Shown here piece after piece: positions 55,580 to 64,000 of a stretch of 64,000 bases of DNA. This stretch comes from Vairimorpha necatrix (Eukaryota): NCBI GenBank assembly GCA_036630325.1, contig CP142732.1:434001-498000 (forward strand). Reading direction: 5' to 3'. The notes under the pieces were generated by a model that saw only the letters and a list, made by a program, of their open reading frames with translations, was not told where the DNA came from and made no database searches. Positions within the stretch are counted from its first letter, which is position 1. Every line of letters begins with the position of its first letter. The translations under genes were made by a program, and so were the position numbers.

Positions 55580-57259
55580 ATGTCCAATTTTTTACTGGCT
55601 TGTAACGATATTGCTAATGAAATTATAAAATTATATAAACAAGATAAATTAATTAACGTAAATAGTATAACATCTAAAATGTGCAAAAAACATAAACTTA
55701 AAAGTACACCAAGAATAGTTGATATTATTTCTAGTATCCCATATGAGTACAAAGATTTAATTAGTAAACTTAAAGCGAAGCCAGTTCGTACTGCTTCTGG
55801 TGTGGCAGTAGTGGCTGTTATGTGTAAACCCCACAGATGTCCACATATCGCTTTAACAGGAAATATTTGTATTTATTGTCCGGGTGGACCAGATTCAGAG
55901 TTTGAATATTCTACACAATCTTATACTGGTTATGAGCCGACTAGTATGAGAGCTATTAGAAGTAGATACGATCCATATGAACAATCAAGAGAAAGATTGA
56001 GACAATTAAAAAGTCTGGGACATAATACTGATAAAGTTGAATATATTATAATGGGCGGTACATTCATGTCACTTCCTGACAGTTATAAAAATCAATTTAT
56101 TATGAAATTACACGATGCGCTAAGTGGTCATTCGTCTAGCAGCGTAGAAGAAGCAGTTACAGTTGGCGCAGAATCAAAACAGAAATGTGTTGGTATTACG
56201 ATAGAAACACGACCAGATTATTGTTCTAGATCACATTTGAATAAAATGTTATTGTATGGTTGTACTCGTATAGAAATTGGTGTACAAAGCGTGTACGAAG
56301 ATGTGGCCAAAGACACTAACAGAGGACATACTGTCGAATCTGTCTGTGAATCTTTTTGTATGACCAAAGATGCTGGTTATAAAATTGTCAGCCATATGAT
56401 GCCCAACCTACCTAATGTAGGTTGGAAAAGAGATCTAGCACAATTTAGAGAATATTTTGACAATCCAAGATTTAGAAGTGATGGTCTAAAGATTTATCCT
56501 ACGCTGGTAATCAAAGGCACTGGACTTTATGAACTTTGGAAAAATAATCAATATAAAAATTATTCACCTGACGAATTAATAGATTTTTTGGCTAGAATTC
56601 TTTCATATGTACCTCCTTGGACACGAATTTACAGAGTCCAGCGTGATATTCCCATGACTTTAGTTAGTTCTGGTGTAGAACATGGGAATATAAGAGAACT
56701 TGCACTTGCTAGAATGAAAGATTATAAGACAAAATGTCGTGATGTCCGTACACGAGAGATAGGAATTAAAGATATTCACGAGAAACTTGATAAAATTAAT
56801 CCCGAACTTGTAAGAAGAGATTATGTCGCCAATAAAGGCAGTGAGACTTTTTTAAGCTATGAAGATGTAAAACAAGATGTTCTTATTGGTCTACTCAGAC
56901 TTAGAAAATGTAGTCTTGAGACATACCGCCCCGAATTAAAAGACGTTAATAATTTAGAAATACGAAATATCGAGACACCAGATTTTAAGATTGTGTACAA
57001 TACGTCGATACATAATAATAATGCGTCTATTATAAGAGAACTTCATGTTTACGGGAGTGCTGTAAACATAGATCAAAAAGATACAACGAAGTTTCAGCAT
57101 CGTGGGTTTGGAAGTTTATTGATTAGCGAAGCTGAGAAAATTGCCAGAGAAGAACATAAGTCTAATAAAATGGCGATAATTTCAGGAGTAGGAACTCGTA
57201 AATATTATGAAAAATTAGGATATCATTTAGAAGGTCCCTACATGGTCAAAATGTTATGA
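55580..57259 (+). CDS. ELP3: Elongator catalytic subunit (radical SAM plus acetyltransferase)
   Basis: [64 protein letters not shown]. Confidence 0.98.
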   Translation: MSNFLLACNDIANEIIKLYKQDKLINVNSITSKMCKKHKLKSTPRIVDIISSIPYEYKDLISKLKAKPVRTASGVAVVAVMCKPHRCPHIALTGNICIYCPGGPDSEFEYSTQSYTGYEPTSMRAIRSRYDPYEQSRERLRQLKSLGHNTDKVEYIIMGGTFMSLPDSYKNQFIMKLHDALSGHSSSSVEEAVTVGAESKQKCVGITIETRPDYCSRSHLNKMLLYGCTRIEIGVQSVYEDVAKDTNRGHTVESVCESFCMTKDAGYKIVSHMMPNLPNVGWKRDLAQFREYFDNPRFRSDGLKIYPTLVIKGTGLYELWKNNQYKNYSPDELIDFLARILSYVPPWTRIYRVQRDIPMTLVSSGVEHGNIRELALARMKDYKTKCRDVRTREIGIKDIHEKLDKINPELVRRDYVANKGSETFLSYEDVKQDVLIGLLRLRKCSLETYRPELKDVNNLEIRNIETPDFKIVYNTSIHNNNASIIRELHVYGSAVNIDQKDTTKFQHRGFGSLLISEAEKIAREEHKSNKMAIISGVGTRKYYEKLGYHLEGPYMVKML

Positions 57260-57824
57260 AAAAAATAAATGGAATTTATATTGCTTTATTAAATTTTATA
57301 TGTTTTATTTAAAGTTTATATTGATATTCAAAATTTTATAAATTTTACCCAATACATTTAATCTAAATTTTACACGTTTCATAAAATATAAATATGATTA
57401 CCTTTCAAGCAATTAAAATTGTATAAAGTTATCATATGTACCATTTAATATATTTAAAATAATTTTTTAATAATATGTTTTAAGTATCAACCTTTGAATG
57501 TAATAAAAATTGAAATTTTTTTATATATATGCTTATGATATATAAATATTGTACCATATTATAAATTTGAAATCTTTTTATATATATGATATATGGATAT
57601 CTAAACATATTAATAAAAATTTAAAATTTTTTAAAATATCATACTCAAATTTAAAATATTTGTTTTTTAAAATATCATACCCATTATAAAAAAATTTAAA
57701 TTTAAAATATCATATCCATTTAAAAAAGATATATTTGATTTTTTTTACAACTAAGAATAAATAAATTTGATTTTTATTTACTCTAGTCGTTTTTTTATAT
57801 TTTTTTTTTAATTTTTTTATTTCC

Positions 57825-59390
57825 TTAATACCAACTTTTATAAGACGATCTCCCACTATTATACCCATTTCCTCTACCATTATAACTACTATTTCCTCTT
57901 GAATTAGACATATCAATTAATTTAGAAGGTACTTCTTGGTTAGCTTCCTTCAAAATTTTTATTAAATCTCGCGCGCAGCCTCGATTTTCATCAGTAAAAA
58001 ATGAATGACTCAGTCCTTCCATGACGTCTCCTCTGGCTGTCCTGCCTATTCTGTGGACATAATCTTCAATATTATTCGGGAAATCATAATTTACGACTAA
58101 TACGACGTCTTTAATGTCCAGGCCCCTTGCGGCGACATCTGTGGCTATTAAAATTGTTTTATAACCCGCCCTGAAGTCATTTATAATTCTGTCTCGAATA
58201 TTTTGAGATTTGTCGCCATGAATGGCCACAGCTCTGTAGCCTTTCCTTGATAGGTCATCTTCTAGATTATCGCACATTCTCTTGGTATTAGCAAAGATGA
58301 TGATCTTCTCGCCTTTTTTCTGGTCTAAAGATTCGTACAATTTATTATTTTTCTCATGTGAGTCTATGACTGCTACTATTTGCTTGATTTTGGTGTTAGT
58401 CTTTAAGTCCACACTTCCTATGGTCAAATGTAAGAAATTATTCATATAATTCTCAGCAAGTCTTCTGACTTCTCTTGGCCATGTGGCGCTCCACATTAAA
58501 GTCTGTCTCTTTGGATTTGTCTTGACTATAATTTTTCTTAATTGAGGCTCAAAGCCCATGTCTAACATTCTATCTGCTTCATCTAAGACAAGGAATGTTA
58601 CTCTGTTAAAATGAAGTACTCCTTGTTCATTTAGATCTATTAATCTTCCAGGACAGCCTACTACTATCTCACAGCCCATACTAATATCTTTCTTCTGAGT
58701 ATAAGAAGAGACTCCACCATAAATGGCAGTACATCTCATATTGAAAAATCTACTATATTCGTCAAATACATCTTTAATTTGGAGACATAATTCTCTAGTA
58801 GGTGCCATTACCAGGACAATAGGCCCATCTCCATTTCTCAGAGGAGTCTGAGCTTTAGCGTGGATAAGAGCAGGAATGACAAAACTGAGTGTCTTCCCAC
58901 TTCCAGTCTGAGCTATGCCCACCATATCCTCACCAGTCAAGGCCATAGGCCATCCTTGTGCTTGTATGGGCGTGGGTCCAGTAAACCCTTTAAGCTTAAA
59001 AGCATTCAACACGTCTTTATCAAAAGGAGCATGTTCAAATTTCACATATGGATTTGGTACATCCCCTTCAATTTTAATATCATGTTTCCTTCTAAATTCA
59101 TCAGTCTCATTTTTTGATAAATCGTCTGTTTTTTTATAAAAATTCTTAGAAAATTCTACAGCTTCTAAAGCGGGTTTCGCTTCGAAAGATGGCTGAGATG
59201 TAAATTTCCCTGGTGTCCAAGATTCACTTCTATTTTGATTCCATCCTTCAGTTTTATTGTATGATGGTTTTGAGTTTCCATACCAACTATCTCCTCTTTG
59301 AGATCTTTCTTGTCTTGGTCTGTCATCGTCTCTCCAAGATCTTCCATAATTTCTATTTTTATTATTGTAGTCGTTGTTATTATAACCCAT
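57825..59390 (-). CDS. DBP2: DEAD-box RNA helicase Dbp2/p68
   Basis: PTPIQAQGWPMAL, AQTGSGKT, LDEADRMLDMGFEPQ, SATWP, HRIGRTAR. Confidence 0.96.
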   Translation of the reverse strand: MGYNNNDYNNKNRNYGRSWRDDDRPRQERSQRGDSWYGNSKPSYNKTEGWNQNRSESWTPGKFTSQPSFEAKPALEAVEFSKNFYKKTDDLSKNETDEFRRKHDIKIEGDVPNPYVKFEHAPFDKDVLNAFKLKGFTGPTPIQAQGWPMALTGEDMVGIAQTGSGKTLSFVIPALIHAKAQTPLRNGDGPIVLVMAPTRELCLQIKDVFDEYSRFFNMRCTAIYGGVSSYTQKKDISMGCEIVVGCPGRLIDLNEQGVLHFNRVTFLVLDEADRMLDMGFEPQLRKIIVKTNPKRQTLMWSATWPREVRRLAENYMNNFLHLTIGSVDLKTNTKIKQIVAVIDSHEKNNKLYESLDQKKGEKIIIFANTKRMCDNLEDDLSRKGYRAVAIHGDKSQNIRDRIINDFRAGYKTILIATDVAARGLDIKDVVLVVNYDFPNNIEDYVHRIGRTARGDVMEGLSHSFFTDENRGCARDLIKILKEANQEVPSKLIDMSNSRGNSSYNGRGNGYNSGRSSYKSWY

Positions 59391-59489
59391 TTTGGGGGTA
59401 TAAAAAATTTCGAAATTTATAAAAAAAAAACTTCGTTTTTTTTTGAAATTAAATTAGTTGAATAAAATGCATAAATAAAGAATTTACAA

Positions 59490-59560
59490 GCTCCAATGGT
59501 CAAGTGGTATGACAACAGCCTTCCAAGCTGTTAGCCTGGGTTCGATTCCCGGTTGGTGCA
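59490..59560 (+). tRNA. tRNA-Gly(TCC)
   Basis: Acceptor GCTCCAA/TTGGTGC (one mismatch), anticodon arm ACAGC-CTTCCAA-GCTGT, T-loop GGTTCGATTCC, downstream T run. Confidence 0.93.
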
Positions 59561-59595
59561 AATTTTTTTTTTGTAAAAAATTTGCATATTTAAAA

Positions 59596-59686
59596 TACTG
59601 CTTATTAGATACATAATTATACTGCTTATTAGATACACAATACTACTGTTTTTTTATACACAATTATACTGCTTATTAGATACATA
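59596..59686 (+). repeat. Short tandem repeat (TACTGCTTATTAGATACA core, 3-4 copies)
   Basis: Three exact TACTGCTTATTAGATACA copies plus one degenerate copy. Confidence 0.7.
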
Positions 59687-59852
59687 TTTGTTGTGACATT
59701 CTCATGTCATTGTTTACTTTATATTTTTATTATAAAATATTCCTTAACTTGGATATGTCTAATTATACTTAATATTCATAATATTTTACTGTTTATAAAA
59801 TGTTCTCATTATAGAGAGAGTCTTTTTTACATAGTTTATGCATATTTATTAT

Positions 59853-60494
59853 TCAAATTTCTTTTTGATCTTCGTCGTAGAATATGAAATCCGGCCCCGT
59901 ATTTTGAATATCTTCCAAGTCTCCAAGTTCAAATTTAAATTCTTCATTTTCAGATTCTGGAAGTATAAATTTTATATTTTTTGGAAGTTCAAATTTTATA
60001 TTTTTTGGGAAGTTCAAATTTATGTTTTCTTCCGGTACGAGGAAATTAACCTTTTTTGGAAGATTAAATTTTATGTTATCTTGTAGATTTATATTATCTT
60101 GTAAATTTATATTCTCCAAATTTATATTATCTTTTATATTTTGACTCTTTATTTCTTCTATTATTTCTCTCGGTTTATTTCTTTTAAATTCTCCTCCTCT
60201 CATTATCTTTCTCTTATTTATCACTACATATTCCTTTTCGTCTTCATATTCCTCACTAATTCCTTCTATAGAAAAAGAGTCTTCATATTCACTCATGTCT
60301 TCATTATAAGTGTCAATTACAAAATTAATATCAGTAGACATTTCGTCATCAGAATATTCTCCACTATTGGCACTAATAATAAATGTGTCATCAACTCCCA
60401 CACTCTCCGCTAAGAGTTTTATGAATTCGCTTGCTTCTTCTTTAGTCAGTTTTTTATTTTTACTTCTTAAGAATTTCAAGATGTCTTCGTACAT
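59853..60494 (-). CDS. Hypothetical acidic low-complexity protein with NI(K/N)(F/L)xLP repeats; possible basket nucleoporin
   Basis: 213-aa ORF with CCCC before the ATG; helical N-terminus; FxF motifs at the C-terminus. Confidence 0.65.
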   Translation of the reverse strand: MYEDILKFLRSKNKKLTKEEASEFIKLLAESVGVDDTFIISANSGEYSDDEMSTDINFVIDTYNEDMSEYEDSFSIEGISEEYEDEKEYVVINKRKIMRGGEFKRNKPREIIEEIKSQNIKDNINLENINLQDNINLQDNIKFNLPKKVNFLVPEENINLNFPKNIKFELPKNIKFILPESENEEFKFELGDLEDIQNTGPDFIFYDEDQKEI

Positions 60495-60567
60495 TGGGGC
60501 TTAGAATTTGAAAATATTTTTTATTAAAAAATTAATGAGATTTGTTAGTTTTGAAACAAATAAAATT

Positions 60568-60759
60568 ATATCTCATATAATATAAGATATAATAAATAAC
60601 TATATATTATAAGATATAATAAATATTATATTATATTTATTATATTGTATTATTTTATAAATTATATTCTATTTATTATATCTTATAATATATAAATTAT
60701 ATAGAAAAAATCTATAATTATAAATATAATAAAAGATATAACTATATTATATGAGATAT
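60568..60759. repeat. AT-rich nested inverted repeat (foldback)
   Basis: Perfect 17-bp IR 60568-60584 / 60743-60759 enclosing a perfect 25-bp IR 60601-60625 / 60670-60694. Confidence 0.75.
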
Positions 60760-60787
60760 TATAAACATTATATAATTATATTATTGA

Positions 60788-61237
60788 TTATTTAATTAAT
60801 TCAACTAACTTCGGCTTCCATGTCGAGGGTATTCTCAATTTCTTCTTATAATGCTTTACACATCTATTAAGTCTACTTATAATCAACCCAAGTCTGTATT
60901 TACTATCTTTATCCCTACTATGAGTATTAATATGCTTCCTTAAAATATTCGCCCTCTTGACTAAATCTTTGACATCTTCAGGGATCTCAATAAAATTCCC
61001 TTCTTTCTCTAGGAATCTGCTAAGAGACAGTCCATCAAAGATAGTCTTACAGTCTCCTACCCCGTAGACATCCCTCAGTTTATTACCAATTTCAGCAGAC
61101 GAAACTCCTTTAGTATTCATTTTTAAGACGTCTGCCTTTATCTCGTCTACTGAGACATCAATCCACGTAGGGAACATTGTACTAAAAGGCTTCATGCTTG
61201 TGCTTATTCCTCGTCCACTAGAGTGCATTTTGGCCAT
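60788..61237 (-). CDS. RPS13: 40S ribosomal protein S13 (uS15)
   Basis: [36 protein letters not shown]. True ATG at 61237 after CCCC. Confidence 0.95.
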
Positions 61238-62446
61238 AGAAAAATGGGGTAGAAAAAAAAAGAAAGAAGAAGCATCAAATGTAACACAAGTGTAAATGAT
61301 TGATATAAGAAATGTCCAGTGTAAATATAGCATATTTATATGAAAGCTAATGTATCATGGTAAGATGTCTAATGTCAAAGTACAAGTTTATAGACATTGT
61401 ATAAAACAAATAAAGCTTGTAATTGGCACTTGATTCAAAATTTATCTAGACAATATTTAACTTAGAAAATGTAAATCATAATATAATTATGTAAACTAAG
61501 ATAAATTATAGTAAGTATATCTGTGATGTAACATATTTCTAGTAGTGCATTTGTATAATTGATAGATGATTAGCACTAGAAGACTAAAATTATGACATTA
61601 CCAAATCTAATGGGTCAACAGGCGCGTCCAACTTTGTGTCTAAAGCATTTTTCTAATATACGCAGGATATTTGTGTAAGATCTTTATAAATTATATCCTA
61701 TGTACATGTTTATATATTATGTGTATATGTTTATATATTATGTGTATATGTTAAGTTGATTCAATGAAACTTGTGTGCGTCCAATCACAAAGATATGGAG
61801 CTTAGTATAATATAATATGATACTCCTGTATATTCTATAAGATGAATATAAAGGCACTTGGCTGGTGATATCTTAAGATCTCATAATTGTATTTAGAGTG
61901 TAAATAATATAGAGAAACAAGTGGATATGTAGTCTAGAGAATATAGTAGAAGACTTGTGAGATAGAACAATGATGTCTTTTCCTGTGTATTTAGGCACAT
62001 GCTTGAATAATATATTGTTTAAAAATTTTTTGGGTTAATGTCAAATGGATAAGACACAGCGCAATCATTAAGACATGAAACCAAAGTCTCTCGTATACGC
62101 AGATGTTTTGGATTATTATGTAAGGTTTCTCTCTATCTCTTATTTATATAAAATATATCTGATTTGTTAAGGACGATCTATATATGACTTATAAGGAAGA
62201 AAACTTCCAGTAGCAGTCGTGAGTTTGTCTATACCAATATTCTTGCTGTGCTTTATTCATCTACTCAGATTTTAAGATTTTTACTTTACATGTGTTAATC
62301 TTCTTTAAAATAAGAAGAATATCAAATGCCTAGTTTGGCTTCTTATTTTAATTGTCTCTTGTCTTTTGCTGTGTTTACTACGGTTCTTCTTAAAACATAA
62401 CACTTCATAAACTAGATCTGCTTTCTTTATGTTTTGAAATTTTTTA

Positions 62447-62566
62447 TTTATGCAAAATATAAATATTTATAATAAGTTTGTTTTTTATGCAAAATATAAA
62501 TATTTATAATAAGTTTGTTTTTATGCAAAATATAAATATTTAAATAAGTTTGTTTTTTATGCAAAA
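62447..62566 (+). repeat. 37-38-bp tandem repeat, about 3.2 copies
   Basis: Unit TTTATGCAAAATATAAATATTTA(T)AATAAGTTTGTTT. Confidence 0.9.
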
Positions 62567-62571
62567 TTAAG

Positions 62572-64000
62572 TGTCAGGCTGCAGACCTGCACTGACGATA
62601 CGGCTTCCAGTTAAACAATAATAATTGGACCTGTCAAACATCTCGAAGTAGTGTAAACAAACATTGAACATTTGACATGCACAAACTAAAAGTAGGAAAA
62701 GTGCATGTCACATGAAGTACTACTACTTTAGTAGAACTTTGGTTTCTTGTTTGTTTGTTTACATCTCAAAGAGTTTGACAGTTAATCTAATTAACTATTT
62801 AAACGGAATTTACCCCTAACCCACAATTCCGATGAGCAACAAAAAAGATAACAACTCAAATAAATATGTTAACTTAGACTCACCCTCTTCTACTTCGGAT
62901 CAGGCTACATGCCGGATCACAAATGGCGACAACGAAGAGATTTGTAAAGAAGAAAATATGGATTCAATACTCTTAAAATTAAAAAATTTAATGTCAATGG
63001 AAAAGTGGATAACTTTTCAAGGACTAAAAACTGAAGATCCAAAGACATTTTTAGGGCAATTCTTAGAATATGAGAAGCAATGGCCTCAGAGCACCCTATA
63101 TGCAAAAGCGACTTCAATGCTTAAGGGAAAAGCCGAACTATGGTTTAGAGCGAACGAAGAATCGATGCTCACATATAAGCAATTTGTTGAAAATTTTAAA
63201 CGTAATTTTATTAAAAGAGAATCAGAAATAGATAAAACTGAAAAATTCTGGGACCTAATCAGGGAAGGCCCAATTCATCCAGATATGCTGTCATACAGTT
63301 ACAGCCTACATATATACGCTGGACAATCAGAATCCTTATTTAAAAGAAGTAAAGAGAAACTCAGAGATTTATTAGATGACGAATACCTTCGCGATGGTAT
63401 AGAAAGATGTCATGATTGGAACGAGTTAGAGGAATACATAAAGTTAAAAGAAGAAAGATTAAACAAAAAAATTCGAATCTTCTATAAAAAACAATATAAA
63501 AATAAAAACGAATATAAAAATAAAAATGAATATAAAAATAAAAATGAATATAAAAGTAGTGAAAGAAAAATAGACTACAGGGGTAACGAGACAAGAGTCA
63601 GCCCCGATTCAAAGCCTTATAAAAAAGAATTATTTAAAAAGAATGAGCAAAAGAAAGCTCTAATTATCTCGGCAAAACTACTAAAAGTAAATGATCGAAG
63701 ACCAAGAGTAAAATTAAATTTTGAAGATCAAGTTATAGTAGCATTATTGGACTCCGGGGCTAACGTATCAGTTATACGTAGAAAAGAAGCGGAAGAGCTG
63801 AGTGATGAAATTCTAAAGGAAAAAGGAGAAATAAAAGGTTTTAATGGAACAAGCAGAGTGATAGGCTCATGTAAACTTAAAATAAAACCAAATAATCGCT
63901 CAGGAGCGGAAACAATTACCTTATTAGTGGTGAATGATATGGAGGAAGCAATAATTCTTGGAATAGAAGAAATTGAAAAATTAAATATGATAGACTATAT
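62572..64000 (+). mobile_element. LTR retrotransposon 5' end (probably Ty3/gypsy), putative LTR 62572-62780
   Basis: TGTCA...TGACA-bounded segment followed by a gag-protease ORF. The second LTR is outside the window, so LTR limits are inferred. Confidence 0.75.
62832..64000 (+). CDS. Gag-protease polyprotein, open to the window end
   Basis: 389 codons without a stop from ATG 62832. Capsid-like FQGLKTEDPKTFL...LKGKAELWF; aspartic protease ALLDSGANVSVI...IILGIE in the same frame. Confidence 0.9.
   Translation, partial: MSNKKDNNSNKYVNLDSPSSTSDQATCRITNGDNEEICKEENMDSILLKLKNLMSMEKWITFQGLKTEDPKTFLGQFLEYEKQWPQSTLYAKATSMLKGKAELWFRANEESMLTYKQFVENFKRNFIKRESEIDKTEKFWDLIREGPIHPDMLSYSYSLHIYAGQSESLFKRSKEKLRDLLDDEYLRDGIERCHDWNELEEYIKLKEERLNKKIRIFYKKQYKNKNEYKNKNEYKNKNEYKSSERKIDYRGNETRVSPDSKPYKKELFKKNEQKKALIISAKLLKVNDRRPRVKLNFEDQVIVALLDSGANVSVIRRKEAEELSDEILKEKGEIKGFNGTSRVIGSCKLKIKPNNRSGAETITLLVVNDMEEAIILGIEEIEKLNMIDY

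Noticed and set aside
61238..61333. N-terminal extension of RPS13 in the ORF track
   Set aside because: The conserved protein begins MAKMHS at 61237, preceded by the CCCC motif.
62447..62566. CRISPR-like array
   Set aside because: Head-to-tail repeats with no unique spacers, no cas genes, and a eukaryotic context.
62572..62620. Hammerhead ribozyme in the LTR (CTGACGA core at 62592)
   Set aside because: The required GAAA is TAAA, stem II is not convincing, and stem I does not adjoin the GTC triplet.

Overview
AT-rich eukaryotic DNA with compact, almost intron-free genes, CCC motifs just upstream of start codons and divergent fungal-type housekeeping proteins. This points to a microsporidian genome, probably Nosema/Vairimorpha-like (inferred from gene style, not from a database search). 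There are three zones. (1) About 1-7.6 kb, gene-dense: TyrRS, Tah18/NDOR1, tRNA-Leu(CAA), a Bud4/anillin-like gene, a small intron-containing gene missed by the ORF track, and a Helitron-type insertion. (2) About 8-35.6 kb, a transposon graveyard: about ten Merlin (ISXO2/IS1595-like) elements with GG termini and mostly recognisable 8-bp TSDs, including a triple nest; a decayed Ty3/gypsy element; two copies of a ~750-bp TRIM-like element with ~55-bp LTRs; LINE, integrase and tRNA-like relics; and three orphan secreted-type ORFs. (3) About 35.9-61.3 kb, housekeeping genes: SEC27, CAC2, DRG2, BET2, SEC26, RACK1, an SDR, RPL23, TRM112, BRWD-like, a doubly frameshifted WDR6/TRM734-like gene head-to-head with ELP3, DBP2, tRNA-Gly(TCC) and RPS13. 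The window ends in the 5' part of an apparently intact LTR retrotransposon whose LTR/leader is strongly self-complementary and has no tRNA primer-binding site. All homology calls come from motif recognition by eye.
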